Notes: generated from the letters alone by a model not told the origin. Numbered from the stretch's first letter, positions 19,074 to 27,869 are shown. The stretch: 49,036 nt of DNA from a virus (IMGVR_UViG_2531839476_000015:1-49036); one strand, 5' to 3'. Translations and numbers: made by a program.

Positions 19074-19500
19074 TATCCGGCAGGTTCTTGAGCGCTGGGG
19101 TGCATGGGCGGCAAATAACTATGAGGATGTTACATGGTCGCCCATTGCTGCCGGATTTAAGGGACTGATCCCCGAAAAAGTAAAATCACGTCCACAGTGT
19201 TGTGACGATGACGCGATGATTATATGCGGGTGTATGGCTCGCCTTAACAGGAACAACAGCGATCTGCATGACTTGCTGGTTGATTATTACGTGTTGGGGG
19301 AGACGTTCATGGCGCTGGCACGGAAACATGGGTGCTCTGACACCTGTATAGGTAAACGCCTTCACAAAGCGGAGGGGATTGTTGAAGGCATGCTGATGAT
19401 GCTGGGAGTGAGGCTTGAGATGGATCGGTATGTTGAGCGTGAATTGCCGGGAGGGAGAACCTCTGTATTTTATCAGCGAAAAAATAGTTTACGATCGTAA
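19066..19500 (+). CDS. Q: Late antiterminator Q (phage 21 / 933W type)
   Basis: ORF track 19018..19500; start placed at [24 protein letters not shown]...[17 protein letters not shown], which matches the Q of Stx phages as recalled. Confidence 0.85.
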
Positions 19501-19750
19501 AAATCTGCATATCATGATAAGAGTGGTTACATTGCCACGCTGCTTAACCCGCCGATGCGCGGGTTTTTTTGTACCCAGAATCCTGTGAGCTATACGGAAA
19601 GTACACAGAAAGGAAGGTGCGACCACAATTAATAACAAAATCTTAAAAATTGCACATGGCACTATTAGTTTTCTAAATATTGTGTATTTTTTGTATTGCA
19701 GGATGACCCTGTAACGAAGTTTGCGTAACAGCATTTTGCTCTACGAGTTT

Positions 19751-19779
19751 GCCAGCCTCCCCCAGTGGCTGGCTTTTTT
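19751..19779 (+). terminator. tR'-like intrinsic terminator (GCCAGCC-n9-GGCTGGC then T6)
   Basis: 7-bp stem and T tract about 250 nt downstream of Q; an earlier hairpin-T7 lies at about 19547-19570; coordinates approximate. Confidence 0.5.
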
Positions 19780-19782
19780 ATG

Positions 19783-19911
19783 TCCGTAGCGTCAAAGCAG
19801 CAATGTCGCTGGGGCGTCGTGCAATTGGCGTTGAGCTGGACACCGGACGTTTTGAGCAGACCGCAAGGGATGTACGGAATTTAATCAGAAAGAGAGAGTG
19901 ATATTGCTGAA
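19783..19911 (+). pseudogene. 3' remnant of a DNA methyltransferase gene (...SLGRRAIGVELDTGRFEQTARDVRNLIRKRE)
   Basis: Short frame ending with the LGRR.IG.E motif typical of the C-terminus of DNA methyltransferases; no corresponding N-terminal part upstream. Confidence 0.4.
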
Positions 19912-19941
19912 TTTATTCTGTAACGTTATCATTATGTTATC

Positions 19942-20017
19942 GGCCCTTTAGCTCAGTGGTGAGAGCGAGTGACTCATAATCGCCAGGTCGCTGGTTCAAA
20001 TCCAGCAAGGGCCACCA
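19942..20017 (+). tRNA. ileZ: tRNA with CAU anticodon (Ile2-lysidine or Met type; ileZ-like of Stx phages)
   Basis: Hand fold: 7-bp acceptor GGCCCTT/AAGGGCC, D arm GCTC/GAGC, anticodon loop CTCATAA, T arm GCTGG-TTCAAAT-CCAGC, discriminator A and encoded CCA. Confidence 0.8.
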
Positions 20018-20018
20018 A

Positions 20019-20084
20019 CCGCCACTAGCTCATCAGGAAAGAACGTCACCCTGTGCGAGATTCGGAGTCCCCGGTGGCGGTCCA
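20019..20084 (+). other. tRNA-like remnant (acceptor-like ends CCGCCAC/GTGGCGG and encoded CCA, but no foldable D or T arm; only 66 nt)
   Basis: Sits where Stx phages carry a second tRNA (argN); I could not fold a canonical cloverleaf by hand. Confidence 0.3.
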
Positions 20085-20097
20085 TTATCAGCATCAT

Positions 20098-20174
20098 GCG
20101 TTGTTAGCTCAGTCGGACAGAGCAATTGCCTTCTAAGCAATCGGTCAGTGGTTAGACTCCACTACAACGCGCCA
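20098..20174 (+). tRNA. argO: tRNA-Arg (anticodon UCU; argO-like)
   Basis: Hand fold: acceptor GCGTTGT/ACAACGC, D arm GCTC/GAGC, anticodon stem ATTGC/GCAAT with loop CTTCTAA, T arm AGTGG-TTAGACT-CCACT, encoded CCA. Confidence 0.85.
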
Positions 20175-20187
20175 CACTTATTTTCCA

Positions 20188-20211
20188 GGCTCGCTTCGGC
20201 GGGCCTTTTTT
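20188..20211 (+). terminator. Intrinsic terminator after tRNA cluster (stem with UUCG tetraloop then T6)
   Basis: GGCTCGC-ttcg-GCGGGCC followed by TTTTTT; coordinates approximate. Confidence 0.5.
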
Positions 20212-20343
20212 GTATCTGCGCCACGCCCGGCGCATATCAACCACAGAGCCTTTCGGGGGTGAGCTTACGGAGTGGTCAGTGTGACTTTCTCTGTGGGCAG
20301 ATCGCTCCCGGGCGTTGGCTCACCCACCCAAAGGAACGTCACG

Positions 20344-20775
20344 ATGTTTGGAATCTTCAAAAAGAAAACCCGCAGAGCGGCAGCGGAAATTAAAAAGTTT
20401 GAGAAACGCGATCTGGCACAGGCGGTGATTAACGCTGCATACCTGGTGGCCTATGCAGATGGTGAATGCGAGGCATCCGAGAAAGCGAAGATCGAACAGG
20501 TCTTACGTAATCAGCCTGCGTTGTCTGCGTTTACCTCGGAAATTAATGCGATTAGCGCAACCATTATCGGTCAGCTGGATACCAATTTTAAAATTGGTCG
20601 TCGTGCCGCGTTACGCGAGATTGAGGATGTGAAACACGATACGCGTGAAGCGGAAGATGTGCTGGATGTGGCGGTGGCCATTGCGGAGGCAGACGGCGAA
20701 ATTGAGCCGGAAGAGCGCAAGGTGCTGGAAGAGATTGCCGGTGTTCTGGGTCTTCGTCTGGAGAATCACCTGTGA
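20344..20775 (+). CDS. TerB-like (tellurite-resistance TerB domain) protein in the slot occupied by stx in Stx phages
   Basis: ORF track 20272..20775, start at internal Met MFGIFKKK; paired acidic helices (YADGECEASEKAKIEQV ... AEADGEIEPEERKVLEEIAGVLGL) as in TerB; assignment by recall. Confidence 0.65.
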   Translation: MFGIFKKKTRRAAAEIKKFEKRDLAQAVINAAYLVAYADGECEASEKAKIEQVLRNQPALSAFTSEINAISATIIGQLDTNFKIGRRAALREIEDVKHDTREAEDVLDVAVAIAEADGEIEPEERKVLEEIAGVLGLRLENHL

Positions 20776-20939
20776 CGGTAAAACTGCGCCTGGCTGTGGC
20801 TGCACTCCTGCTGTTTCTGGTGGTGATGGTGGATTTCACCACCAGAATCATGTCGGTGCTGGCGGATGGGGTGCTGGTCTGCGGCATTGTGGTATTGCTG
20901 TGGCCGGTGATAAAAAGAAACAGCCTGCATAATGCTTGA
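20772..20939 (+). CDS. Small hydrophobic membrane protein (55 aa), GTG start overlapping the TerB-like stop
   Basis: My translation VTVKLRLAVAALLLFLVVMVDFTTRIMSVLADGVLVCGIVVLLWPVIKRNSLHNA; two predicted TM segments; GTGA overlap with upstream stop. Confidence 0.4.
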   Translation: MTVKLRLAVAALLLFLVVMVDFTTRIMSVLADGVLVCGIVVLLWPVIKRNSLHNA

Positions 20940-21120
20940 TTTTTTTGTTTGCTGTTTATTAAAAACACTTCTGCATGGTGAATCCCCCTGTGCGGAGGGG
21001 CGACTGGTGTAGGTAGCATTTATTATGTTATAGGCAAGCCGACGCGGGTTCAGTGACACCGGCTGAATTCACCGGGAGGCACCCGGCACCATGCAAGAAA
21101 AAGAATGTGCATGCAAACAT

Positions 21121-21145
21121 GCCCCTCTCCGGAGGGGCATTTTTT
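21121..21145 (+). terminator. Intrinsic terminator (GCCCCTC-tccg-GAGGGGC then T6)
   Basis: Perfect 7-bp GC-rich stem plus T tract downstream of the TerB-like cargo; a second hairpin follows at about 21159-21176. Confidence 0.55.
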
Positions 21146-21360
21146 ATGGGTAAAAAATGCCCGAATGGGTTCGGGCAATAGCATGAGATACTGATATTGT
21201 TGTGTTGTTATCGTGTGGATTTTAACCAGGGTTTATCAGGCTGCGCAACTGCGTGGCCTTTTTTCATTTCTTGGGCTGTAGTCCCCGTGTGTCATTCAGG
21301 CTTCCGGACTACAGCCCACTCCATATCTGATTTAATACACTATCCCGGCCGGGAGGAATA

Positions 21361-23214
21361 ATGACATTTAAACATTATGATGTTGTCAGGGCGGCGTCGC
21401 CGTCAGACCTTGCGGAAAAGCTGACACACAAACTGAAAGAGGGCTGGCAGCCGTTTGGTAGTCCGGTGGCCATAACCCCTTATACCCTGATGCAGGCGAT
21501 TACAGCAGAAGGTGATGTGGTGGTCAGTGGTGCAACTGAGCCGGATTGGTACTACGTCATCGTACTGGCCGGGCAGTCCAATGCCATGGCTTACGGTGAA
21601 GGGCTTCCGCTGCCGGATTCATACGATGCTCCGGATCCGCGCATTAAACAGCTGGCGCGCCGCAGTACAGTTACGCCGGGTGGGGCTGCCTGCAGATATA
21701 ACGATATTATTCCGGCCGACCACTGCCTGCATGATGTGCAGGATATGAGTGCGCTGAATCATCCGAAGGCAGACCTGAGCAAAGGGCAGTACGGCTGTGT
21801 CGGCCAGGGCTTACATATTGCCAAAAAACTGCTCCCGTATATCCCGAATAACGCGGGGATCCTGCTGGTACCATGCTGTCGTGGTGGTTCTGCATTCACC
21901 CAGGGCGCTGAGGGGACATTCAGTGCGGACACGGGGGCCAGCCAGGATTCGGCACGCTGGGGTGTGGGTAAACCGTTATATCAGGACCTGATTGCGCGCA
22001 CTAAAGCTGCATTACAGAAGAACCCGAAAAATGTGTTGCTGGCGGTGTGCTGGATGCAGGGAGAGTTTGACATGAGCGCCGCCACCCACGCACAGCAACC
22101 TGCGCTGTTTACAGCCATGCTGACACGGTTTCGTGCTGACCTCTCCGTGTTTAACGCGCAGTGCCATGGTGGCAGTGCTGCAGATGTGCCGTGGATTTGT
22201 GGTGACACGACGTATTACTGGAAAAATACATACGCTACCCAGTACGACACCGTGTACGGCGGGTATAAAAACAGGGAGAGTGAGGGCGTTTATTTTGTGC
22301 CCTTCATGACAGACGGTAACGGCGTCAATACCGCCACTAACGCGCCGGCAGAAGATCCGGATATTCCGGCATCAGGATATTACGGTGCGGCATCGAGAAC
22401 GAATGGAAACCAGGTATCATCAAACCGCCCGACACATTTCAGTTCATGGGCGCGCAGGAGCATTATTCCGGATCGTCTGGCAACCGCTATTCTGAACGCA
22501 GCCGGGCGCACCTCCGCCTTCATCAGTGGTAAGGCACCGGAAATCAAACCCTCGCCCGGCGGCAACACGCCATCGGGTCCGTCTGCAGATACGTCCGTTC
22601 GCACAATCTCCCTGCTGCCGGCAGCCGGAGAGGCTGCTGCGCAGGGCTGGAGCATTAAGGATGGCGGAATTCAGTTGTCAGATGGTGTATTTAAGATCAC
22701 CAAGCAGAGCAATAAAACCTGGTCCCTGACGCATCCGGTGGATGACGCAATTACCCTGCTGACACAGGGCGGCAGACTGAACTGTAAGTTCCGCCTGTCA
22801 GGCGCACTGACCAACAATCAGTTCGGGCTGGGGATTTATCTGTATACGGATGCTCCCGTTCCTGATGGTGTGGCGATGACGGGTACCGGTAATCCGTTCC
22901 TGATGTCGTACTTCACTCAGACCACTGACGGCAGAGTGAATCTGATGCATCACAGGAAAGCCGGAAACACGAAGCTGGGGGAGTTCGGCGATTACGGTAA
23001 CGACTGGCAGACGCTGGAGCTGGTGTTCACCGCCGGCAGTGCCACGGTTACTCCGAAACTGAATGGAGTGGCTGGCCCGGCATTCCAGGTTATAAAAGAC
23101 AGTCTGACACTGGGACTGAATGCGCTGACGCTGACGGATGTTACAAAAAATGCAGCGTATGGCGTTGAGATAGAAAGTCTGGTGCTGGAGATAAATGCAC
23201 CGGCATCATCATAA
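21361..23214 (+). CDS. nanS-p: NanS-p-like sialate O-acetylesterase (SGNH/GQSN hydrolase with C-terminal extension)
   Basis: 617 aa; [18 protein letters not shown] block typical of the 9-O-acetyl sialic acid esterases found in Stx prophage late regions. Confidence 0.8.
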   Translation: MTFKHYDVVRAASPSDLAEKLTHKLKEGWQPFGSPVAITPYTLMQAITAEGDVVVSGATEPDWYYVIVLAGQSNAMAYGEGLPLPDSYDAPDPRIKQLARRSTVTPGGAACRYNDIIPADHCLHDVQDMSALNHPKADLSKGQYGCVGQGLHIAKKLLPYIPNNAGILLVPCCRGGSAFTQGAEGTFSADTGASQDSARWGVGKPLYQDLIARTKAALQKNPKNVLLAVCWMQGEFDMSAATHAQQPALFTAMLTRFRADLSVFNAQCHGGSAADVPWICGDTTYYWKNTYATQYDTVYGGYKNRESEGVYFVPFMTDGNGVNTATNAPAEDPDIPASGYYGAASRTNGNQVSSNRPTHFSSWARRSIIPDRLATAILNAAGRTSAFISGKAPEIKPSPGGNTPSGPSADTSVRTISLLPAAGEAAAQGWSIKDGGIQLSDGVFKITKQSNKTWSLTHPVDDAITLLTQGGRLNCKFRLSGALTNNQFGLGIYLYTDAPVPDGVAMTGTGNPFLMSYFTQTTDGRVNLMHHRKAGNTKLGEFGDYGNDWQTLELVFTAGSATVTPKLNGVAGPAFQVIKDSLTLGLNALTLTDVTKNAAYGVEIESLVLEINAPASS

Positions 23215-23363
23215 AAAGTGAGCCAGTCAAATGGAAGGTATCGTTAAACTCACCGGTAGTGTCAGTGGGTCGTCTGAGACGCCTGCATGAGTTATCAGAG
23301 CCATCAGTAGTTAACTGGTGGCTTTTTTATTGTTGTCAGCTTCCGGATAACGGGAGACGGGGT

Positions 23364-23579
23364 ATGTACCAGATGGAAAAAATCACAACGGGTGTGTCAT
23401 ACACCACGTCAGCGGTGGGGACGGGCTACTGGTTCCTGCAGCTGCTGGACAAAGTCTCTCCGTCCCAGTGGGTGGCAATAGGTGTGCTGGGGAGTCTGCT
23501 GTTTGGCCTGCTGACGTATCTGACAAACCTTTATTTCAAGATTAAAGAAGATAAGCGTAAGGCGGCGCGGGGAGAGTAA
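23364..23579 (+). CDS. S: Holin (933W/DLP12 EssD type) with dual-start motif MYQMEK
   Basis: 71 aa [71 protein letters not shown]; two Met codons three codons apart suggest holin/antiholin pair. Confidence 0.88.
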   Translation: MYQMEKITTGVSYTTSAVGTGYWFLQLLDKVSPSQWVAIGVLGSLLFGLLTYLTNLYFKIKEDKRKAARGE

Positions 23580-23583
23580 AGCG

Positions 23584-23928
23584 ATGAAGAAAAAATACGA
23601 ACTGGTTGTTAAAGGGATAAATAATTACCCGGATAAGATTACTGTTACTGTGGCACTGGAAATTGGTGGGTATCCGTCACTGTTGTTGCCAGATGTGGCG
23701 ATTAGTCTTGACCGTACTGAAGGTGCCACGCTGGAGTTTTACGAAGCTGAGGCGAAAAAGCAGGCGAAGCAGTTTTTCATGGATGTTGCTGCCGGGTTAT
23801 GTGAAGGGGATGGTCCGTTGCCGGAAAAGCGGCCCATCATTTTAGAGGCGCAGGATGTGTTGATAACCTACAGAGGAAACCTACCGGGAATAATTACTGG
23901 TTCTCTGAAGACTCCACCGCTGGCCTGA
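23584..23928 (+). CDS. DUF1327-like protein (YdfR-like) between holin and endolysin
   Basis: 114 aa; position and size match the ydfR-type gene of the K-12 Qin prophage lysis cassette (recalled). Confidence 0.55.
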   Translation: MKKKYELVVKGINNYPDKITVTVALEIGGYPSLLLPDVAISLDRTEGATLEFYEAEAKKQAKQFFMDVAAGLCEGDGPLPEKRPIILEAQDVLITYRGNLPGIITGSLKTPPLA

Positions 23929-23978
23929 AGACTTAATATATCCAGGGATTTGAAATCGATAAACCCTGATAAATATCC

Positions 23979-24512
23979 ATGAACGCAAAAATCAGATACG
24001 GCGTGTCGGCTGCCGTTCTGGCGCTGATTGGTGCAGGGGCGTCTGCGCCTGAAATCCTCGACCAGTTTCTTGACGAAAAAGAAGGTAACCACACCACGGC
24101 ATACCGTGATGGTGCGGGTATCTGGACCATCTGCCGCGGTGCCATCCTGGTGGATGGTAAACCTGTCGTTCCGGGCATGAAGTTGTCGAAGGAAAAATGC
24201 GACCGGGTTAACGCCATTGAGCGTGATAAGGCGCTGGCATGGGTGGCGAAAAACATCAAAGTGCCACTGACTGAACCCCAGAAAGCGGGTATTGCGTCAT
24301 TCTGTCCTTACAACATTGGCCCAGGTAAGTGTTTCCCGTCGACGTTTTATAAACGAATTAATGCAGGAGATCGAAAAGGTGCCTGCGAAGCGATTCGCTG
24401 GTGGATTAAGGACGGTGGCAGAGACTGCCGTATTCGCTCAAATAACTGTTATGGTCAGGTATCCCGTCGTGACCAGGAGAGCGCTCTGGCGTGCTGGGGA
24501 ATCGACAGATAA
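23979..24512 (+). CDS. R: Endolysin, SAR-type lysozyme (P21 R / RrrD-like)
   Basis: 177 aa MNAKIRYGVSAAVLALIGAGASAPEILDQFLDEKEGNHTTAYRDGAGIWTICRG..., N-terminal signal-anchor-release segment, close to DLP12 RrrD. Confidence 0.92.
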   Translation: MNAKIRYGVSAAVLALIGAGASAPEILDQFLDEKEGNHTTAYRDGAGIWTICRGAILVDGKPVVPGMKLSKEKCDRVNAIERDKALAWVAKNIKVPLTEPQKAGIASFCPYNIGPGKCFPSTFYKRINAGDRKGACEAIRWWIKDGGRDCRIRSNNCYGQVSRRDQESALACWGIDR

Positions 24513-24785
24513 GCAGAATATTTTGCTGAAAAATGACGTTGGCCAGCGCGGGCGGATAACACGAAATCCTGCGAACTGGCAAAATGTAAGTGAATAAAGT
24601 TAGGCAGATTATTTCACGCAGAGGCACCGTAATGGTGCCTTTGTCATTTCTGCGCTTCGCACAAGCGTAAATAAACCAAAGAACCTTTCAGGATGAGCCC
24701 TGGTGGATAACCGGCAGTGGTCTGGTTAACCCTCTTTGGGCTGGTTATTCCTGTGCGCAGGGTTCATCACTAAAAGGAATCAACC

Positions 24786-25481
24786 ATGAAAGAGATGATT
24801 TCTGTCGATCATGAAATATCCATGAGTAGTCTGGATTTTCTGAATAACATTATTAATCCAGCCCGGGCAGAAGCCGGAGAAGTCCCTCATGAACCGCGTA
24901 AGTTTCTTGCAAAAATTGAGGATGAGCTAGAGCTTGATGGAACCGGAAAAAAATTCCGGTTAAACAATAACCAAACAAGAACGGCATACTATGATCTGGA
25001 TTTTGACCAGATGATGCTCGTTGGCATGAGGGAGTCAAAGGCCGTTCGTCGTTCTGTGCTGGCAAGACTCAAAGCGATGCATGGTATTCAGATCCCCCGG
25101 ACTTTACCTGAGGCGTTGCGATTTGCGGCAAAACTGGCTGAACAGAAAGCAGTGCTGGAAAATCAACTGGCAATAGCAGCGCCGAAGGCTGAATTTGTTG
25201 ATAACTATGTTGAAGCATCTGGTCTGATGGGATTCCGGGAAGTTGCTAAGTTACTCGGTATCAAAGAAACCGATTTCCGGCTGTTTTTGTTGGAGAACGG
25301 AATAATGTATCGCCTCGCTGGAAAAATGACGCCTTACTCGCATCACCTGGATGCGGGGCGGTTTAGCGTGAAAACGGGCGAGGCGGGCAATGGTCATGCT
25401 TTTACGCAGGTTAAATTCACCCCAAAAGGTGTTCAGTGGATTGCTGGTCTGCTTGCTGCATGGAGAGCTACCGCAGCATGA
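24786..25481 (+). CDS. ant: Antirepressor (AntA-like N-terminus with KilAC C-terminal domain) embedded in the lysis cassette
   Basis: 231 aa; C-terminal half paralogous to the 17549..18277 protein; the same placement between R and Rz occurs in Stx phages. Confidence 0.75.
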   Translation: MKEMISVDHEISMSSLDFLNNIINPARAEAGEVPHEPRKFLAKIEDELELDGTGKKFRLNNNQTRTAYYDLDFDQMMLVGMRESKAVRRSVLARLKAMHGIQIPRTLPEALRFAAKLAEQKAVLENQLAIAAPKAEFVDNYVEASGLMGFREVAKLLGIKETDFRLFLLENGIMYRLAGKMTPYSHHLDAGRFSVKTGEAGNGHAFTQVKFTPKGVQWIAGLLAAWRATAA

Positions 25482-25575
25482 AGATGATAAAAACGGACTG
25501 GAAATTTTTGCTGGTCTGGCTGATTCCGTTTTTATGGGTGGTTGCCCGGTTAATTACTGCTATTAAGGGGTAAAG

Positions 25576-25707
25576 ATGTCAGACAAACTCATAATGCTGG
25601 CGAAGGGCCTTTGTGTAATCGTCGGTATTTCATTTTCACTAATGCTGGTTGTTCTTTTTCTTTCCATAACCTGGATGGCGTTGACTTCGGCAGGGCTGGT
25701 GGGGTGA
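25576..25707 (+). CDS. Candidate small membrane protein (43 aa)
   Basis: My translation MSDKLIMLAKGLCVIVGISFSLMLVVLFLSITWMALTSAGLVG; AAGGGG upstream; below ORF-track cut-off; uncertain. Confidence 0.3.
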   Translation: MSDKLIMLAKGLCVIVGISFSLMLVVLFLSITWMALTSAGLVG

Positions 25708-25718
25708 GCATAAACCGA

Positions 25719-26177
25719 ATGCTTTCCGCGTTTACCGTTATTCTGCTGGTGGTCTGTGGTGCGCTTAGTCTGGGGCTGAATCATTACCGCGATAACGTCA
25801 TCACCTACAAAGCGCAGCGCGATAAAAAAGCCAGAGAGCTGGAGCTGGCAAACGCAACCATTACTGATATGCAGGTGCGCCAGCGCGATGTTGCTGCGCT
25901 CGATGCAAAATACTCGAGGGAATTAGCCGATGCGAGAGCTGAAAATGAAACTCTGCGTGCTGATGTTGCCGCTGGTCGTAAGCGCCTGCGGATCAACGCC
26001 ACCTGCTCCGGTACCGTGCGTGAAGCCACCGGCACCTCCGGCGTGGATAATGCAACCGGCCCCCGACTGGCAGACACCGCTGAACGGGATTATTTCATCC
26101 TCAGAGAACGGTTGATGACAATGCAGAAGCAGCTGGAAGGGGCACAGGACTATATCCGCACTCAGTGCCTGAACTAA
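25719..26177 (+). CDS. Rz: Rz i-spanin
   Basis: Start at internal Met MLSAFTVILLVVCGALSLGLNHYRDNVITYKAQRDKKARELELANATITDMQ..., close to lambda Rz. Confidence 0.88.
   Translation: MLSAFTVILLVVCGALSLGLNHYRDNVITYKAQRDKKARELELANATITDMQVRQRDVAALDAKYSRELADARAENETLRADVAAGRKRLRINATCSGTVREATGTSGVDNATGPRLADTAERDYFILRERLMTMQKQLEGAQDYIRTQCLN
25945..26115 (+). CDS. Rz1: Rz1 o-spanin lipoprotein, embedded in +1 frame within Rz
   Basis: MKLCVLMLPLVVSACGS lipobox followed by Pro-rich segment; entirely inside Rz. Confidence 0.78.
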   Translation: MKLCVLMLPLVVSACGSTPPAPVPCVKPPAPPAWIMQPAPDWQTPLNGIISSSENG

Positions 26178-26500
26178 GTTTTGCTGATGCGCCGTATCGT
26201 CGCTGTATTCCCTCATTAACAGAGACCGCAGCCCGACAGGGAGACTCCTCTGCGCGAGTGTGCGGGGAGAATCAAAAACGATACGCACCGGGGTTTACCG
26301 CGTTAACGGAGCGCGGCGTTGTCCCCTCATGGTCGCTGGTTCGGTGCGATGGTGGAAGAAACCGGACGATGTGTTACCTCGCAAGACCTGTTATGTCATG
26401 TGTCTGATTTGTGATTTAAGTCGGATAATTGTCGTTGCCATTAAGCAGAGGATTGATGGCCGACAGGGTGGCATTGTTAGAATAAGACTTATTCTTATCT

Positions 26501-26842
26501 GTGCCGGGAATGAAAATGAAAAGAAATCTTCCGTTAATTATTTTGTTGTCTTCTCTGGTTATGGGCTGTACGCAACATAAAACAGATATGCCCCGACAGT
26601 TGGTTAAGGCATTACCACAATATCCGGCCTATGCAGCGGCAAATTATATAAAGGGACGGGTTGATGTGAAGTTTGATATTGGTGCTGATGGTACTGTCAC
26701 CCGAATTGAGTTTATCCGTTCAGAGCCGCACCATCTGTTTGATGAGCAGGTTGTAAAGGCGATGGCAAAATGGCGATTTGAGAAGGACAGGCCGCGTAAA
26801 GGCGTGAAGAAAACGTTTATCTTTAGTCCTTCTGCACCCTGA
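26501..26842 (+). CDS. Lipoprotein with TonB C-terminal-like domain, at the lambda bor position
   Basis: Lipobox LVMGC; YP.YAAANYIKGRVDVKFDIGADGTVTRIEFIRSEPHHLFDEQVVKAMAKWRF resembles TonB C-terminal fold signature; not Bor. Confidence 0.6.
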   Translation: MPGMKMKRNLPLIILLSSLVMGCTQHKTDMPRQLVKALPQYPAYAAANYIKGRVDVKFDIGADGTVTRIEFIRSEPHHLFDEQVVKAMAKWRFEKDRPRKGVKKTFIFSPSAP

Positions 26843-26973
26843 TTATTTCATCAGAAATTAATTATCACTCTGTTGTTATTCTGTACATTCCGGCTGGGTA
26901 AGTCTTGTTCCGCCGGGTATGAAGATGAAATATTGTTGGAGGACAGTGGGTACCTGCTCCTGTAACCGAACGT

Positions 26974-27174
26974 TCATTTCTCGTTATTTGTCATGCTGGC
27001 CGGACGCAGATGCGTTGCATCTGTTGCCAGCCTTCTCCTGCAGGCTTCAATAACCCACGCTGAAAAGTTACCGGAACCTTTATGTTCAAGGGCGATATTG
27101 ATCTGTTCAATCATGTGATTGGGGAAACGGATATTGCGGGTTGTGGTTCTGCGGGTCCGGTTTTTCGATGACAT
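26974..27174 (-). CDS. Ribbon-helix-helix (CopG/Arc-like) DNA-binding protein
   Basis: ORF track 26974..27234; internal Met MSSKNRTRRTTTRNIRFPNHMIEQINIALEHKGSGNFSAWVIEACRRRL has the beta-strand/helix pattern of RHH proteins; start uncertain. Confidence 0.55.
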   Translation of the reverse strand: MSSKNRTRRTTTRNIRFPNHMIEQINIALEHKGSGNFSAWVIEACRRRLATDATHLRPASMTNNEK

Positions 27175-27215
27175 ATTTATTTCCTTTACTGATTGCCATA
27201 TGACGGGGATTTTAC

Positions 27216-27581
27216 ATGGCTGAGCTTCGTACACTCCAGAGCAGAATCAAAACACTGAATACCCGACGGGTGAATATTCTGAAGGGTGAACAGCGTCGTG
27301 TCAGTGGCAGTGCACGTGTTTCCCTCAAGCGTCATATCTGGCTCAGGGATGCCGGGCAGTGCTGTCTCTGTGGTCGTGTGGTTGACCTCTGTGACAGTGA
27401 ACTCGATCACCGAATTGCACTTCAGTTCGGTGGTGGTAATGAGGAGACGAATCTCTGGACGCTCTGTACCGAATGCCATCGACAAAAGTCTGCTCGTGAA
27501 GCGGCGGGTGGTATGCCGGACCCGACGCTGCCGGAGGTGTCCGGAGGTAGTGGCAGAGCGGACGACATCATCGGACTGTAA
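27216..27581 (+). CDS. HNH endonuclease (packaging-associated)
   Basis: CxxC ... DHRIALQFGG..NLWTLCTECHRQK motif; located immediately upstream of terminase genes as in HK97-like phages. Confidence 0.8.
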   Translation: MAELRTLQSRIKTLNTRRVNILKGEQRRVSGSARVSLKRHIWLRDAGQCCLCGRVVDLCDSELDHRIALQFGGGNEETNLWTLCTECHRQKSAREAAGGMPDPTLPEVSGGSGRADDIIGL

Positions 27582-27673
27582 CCCGAGCGGGGGGGTATCA
27601 TCCGGCGTAAAAAACGATCGCTCCGGACACCGCGCCCCCTCTCACGCAGAGAAAAAATTCCCGTTTCAGGGCA

Positions 27674-27793
27674 GTTAACATGTTAACTGGCTGTCCGGGC
27701 ATTTTTGCGGTTTTTATCTTTATTATTCAGTTTGTTGTGCGGAAAAAATGTTAACTGGCTTTTTCAGCAAATGTTAACCAGGCAGCAGTTAAC
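27674..27793 (+). repeat. Array of five GTTAAC-centred repeats (consensus aTGTTAACyGG, direct and inverted) upstream of terS; candidate TerS binding sites
   Basis: gttaacatgttaac palindrome at 27674-27687, further copies near 27750, 27773 and 27788 in both orientations. Confidence 0.5.
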
Positions 27794-27869
27794 ATTTGCG
27801 GCATGAGACGCCGGGAAAAATGGGCTGAACCATACCCGGCTGAGTGCGTTCTGGACCCGGGAGGAGGCT

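Noticed and set aside
20148-20393. Plus-strand ORF of 81 aa starting inside the tRNA-Arg gene
   Set aside because: Its GTG start lies within the tRNA T arm and it runs across the terminator and into the TerB-like gene in another frame; spurious.
19500-21360. Shiga toxin genes stxA/stxB downstream of Q and the tRNAs
   Set aside because: No ORF of the right size (about 320 aa A subunit plus about 90 aa B subunit) or with secretion signals is present; the slot holds the TerB-like and membrane ORFs instead.
21512-22729. Several short ORFs in alternative frames inside nanS-p
   Set aside because: All are contained in the 617-aa esterase frame, which carries the GQSN hydrolase motif.
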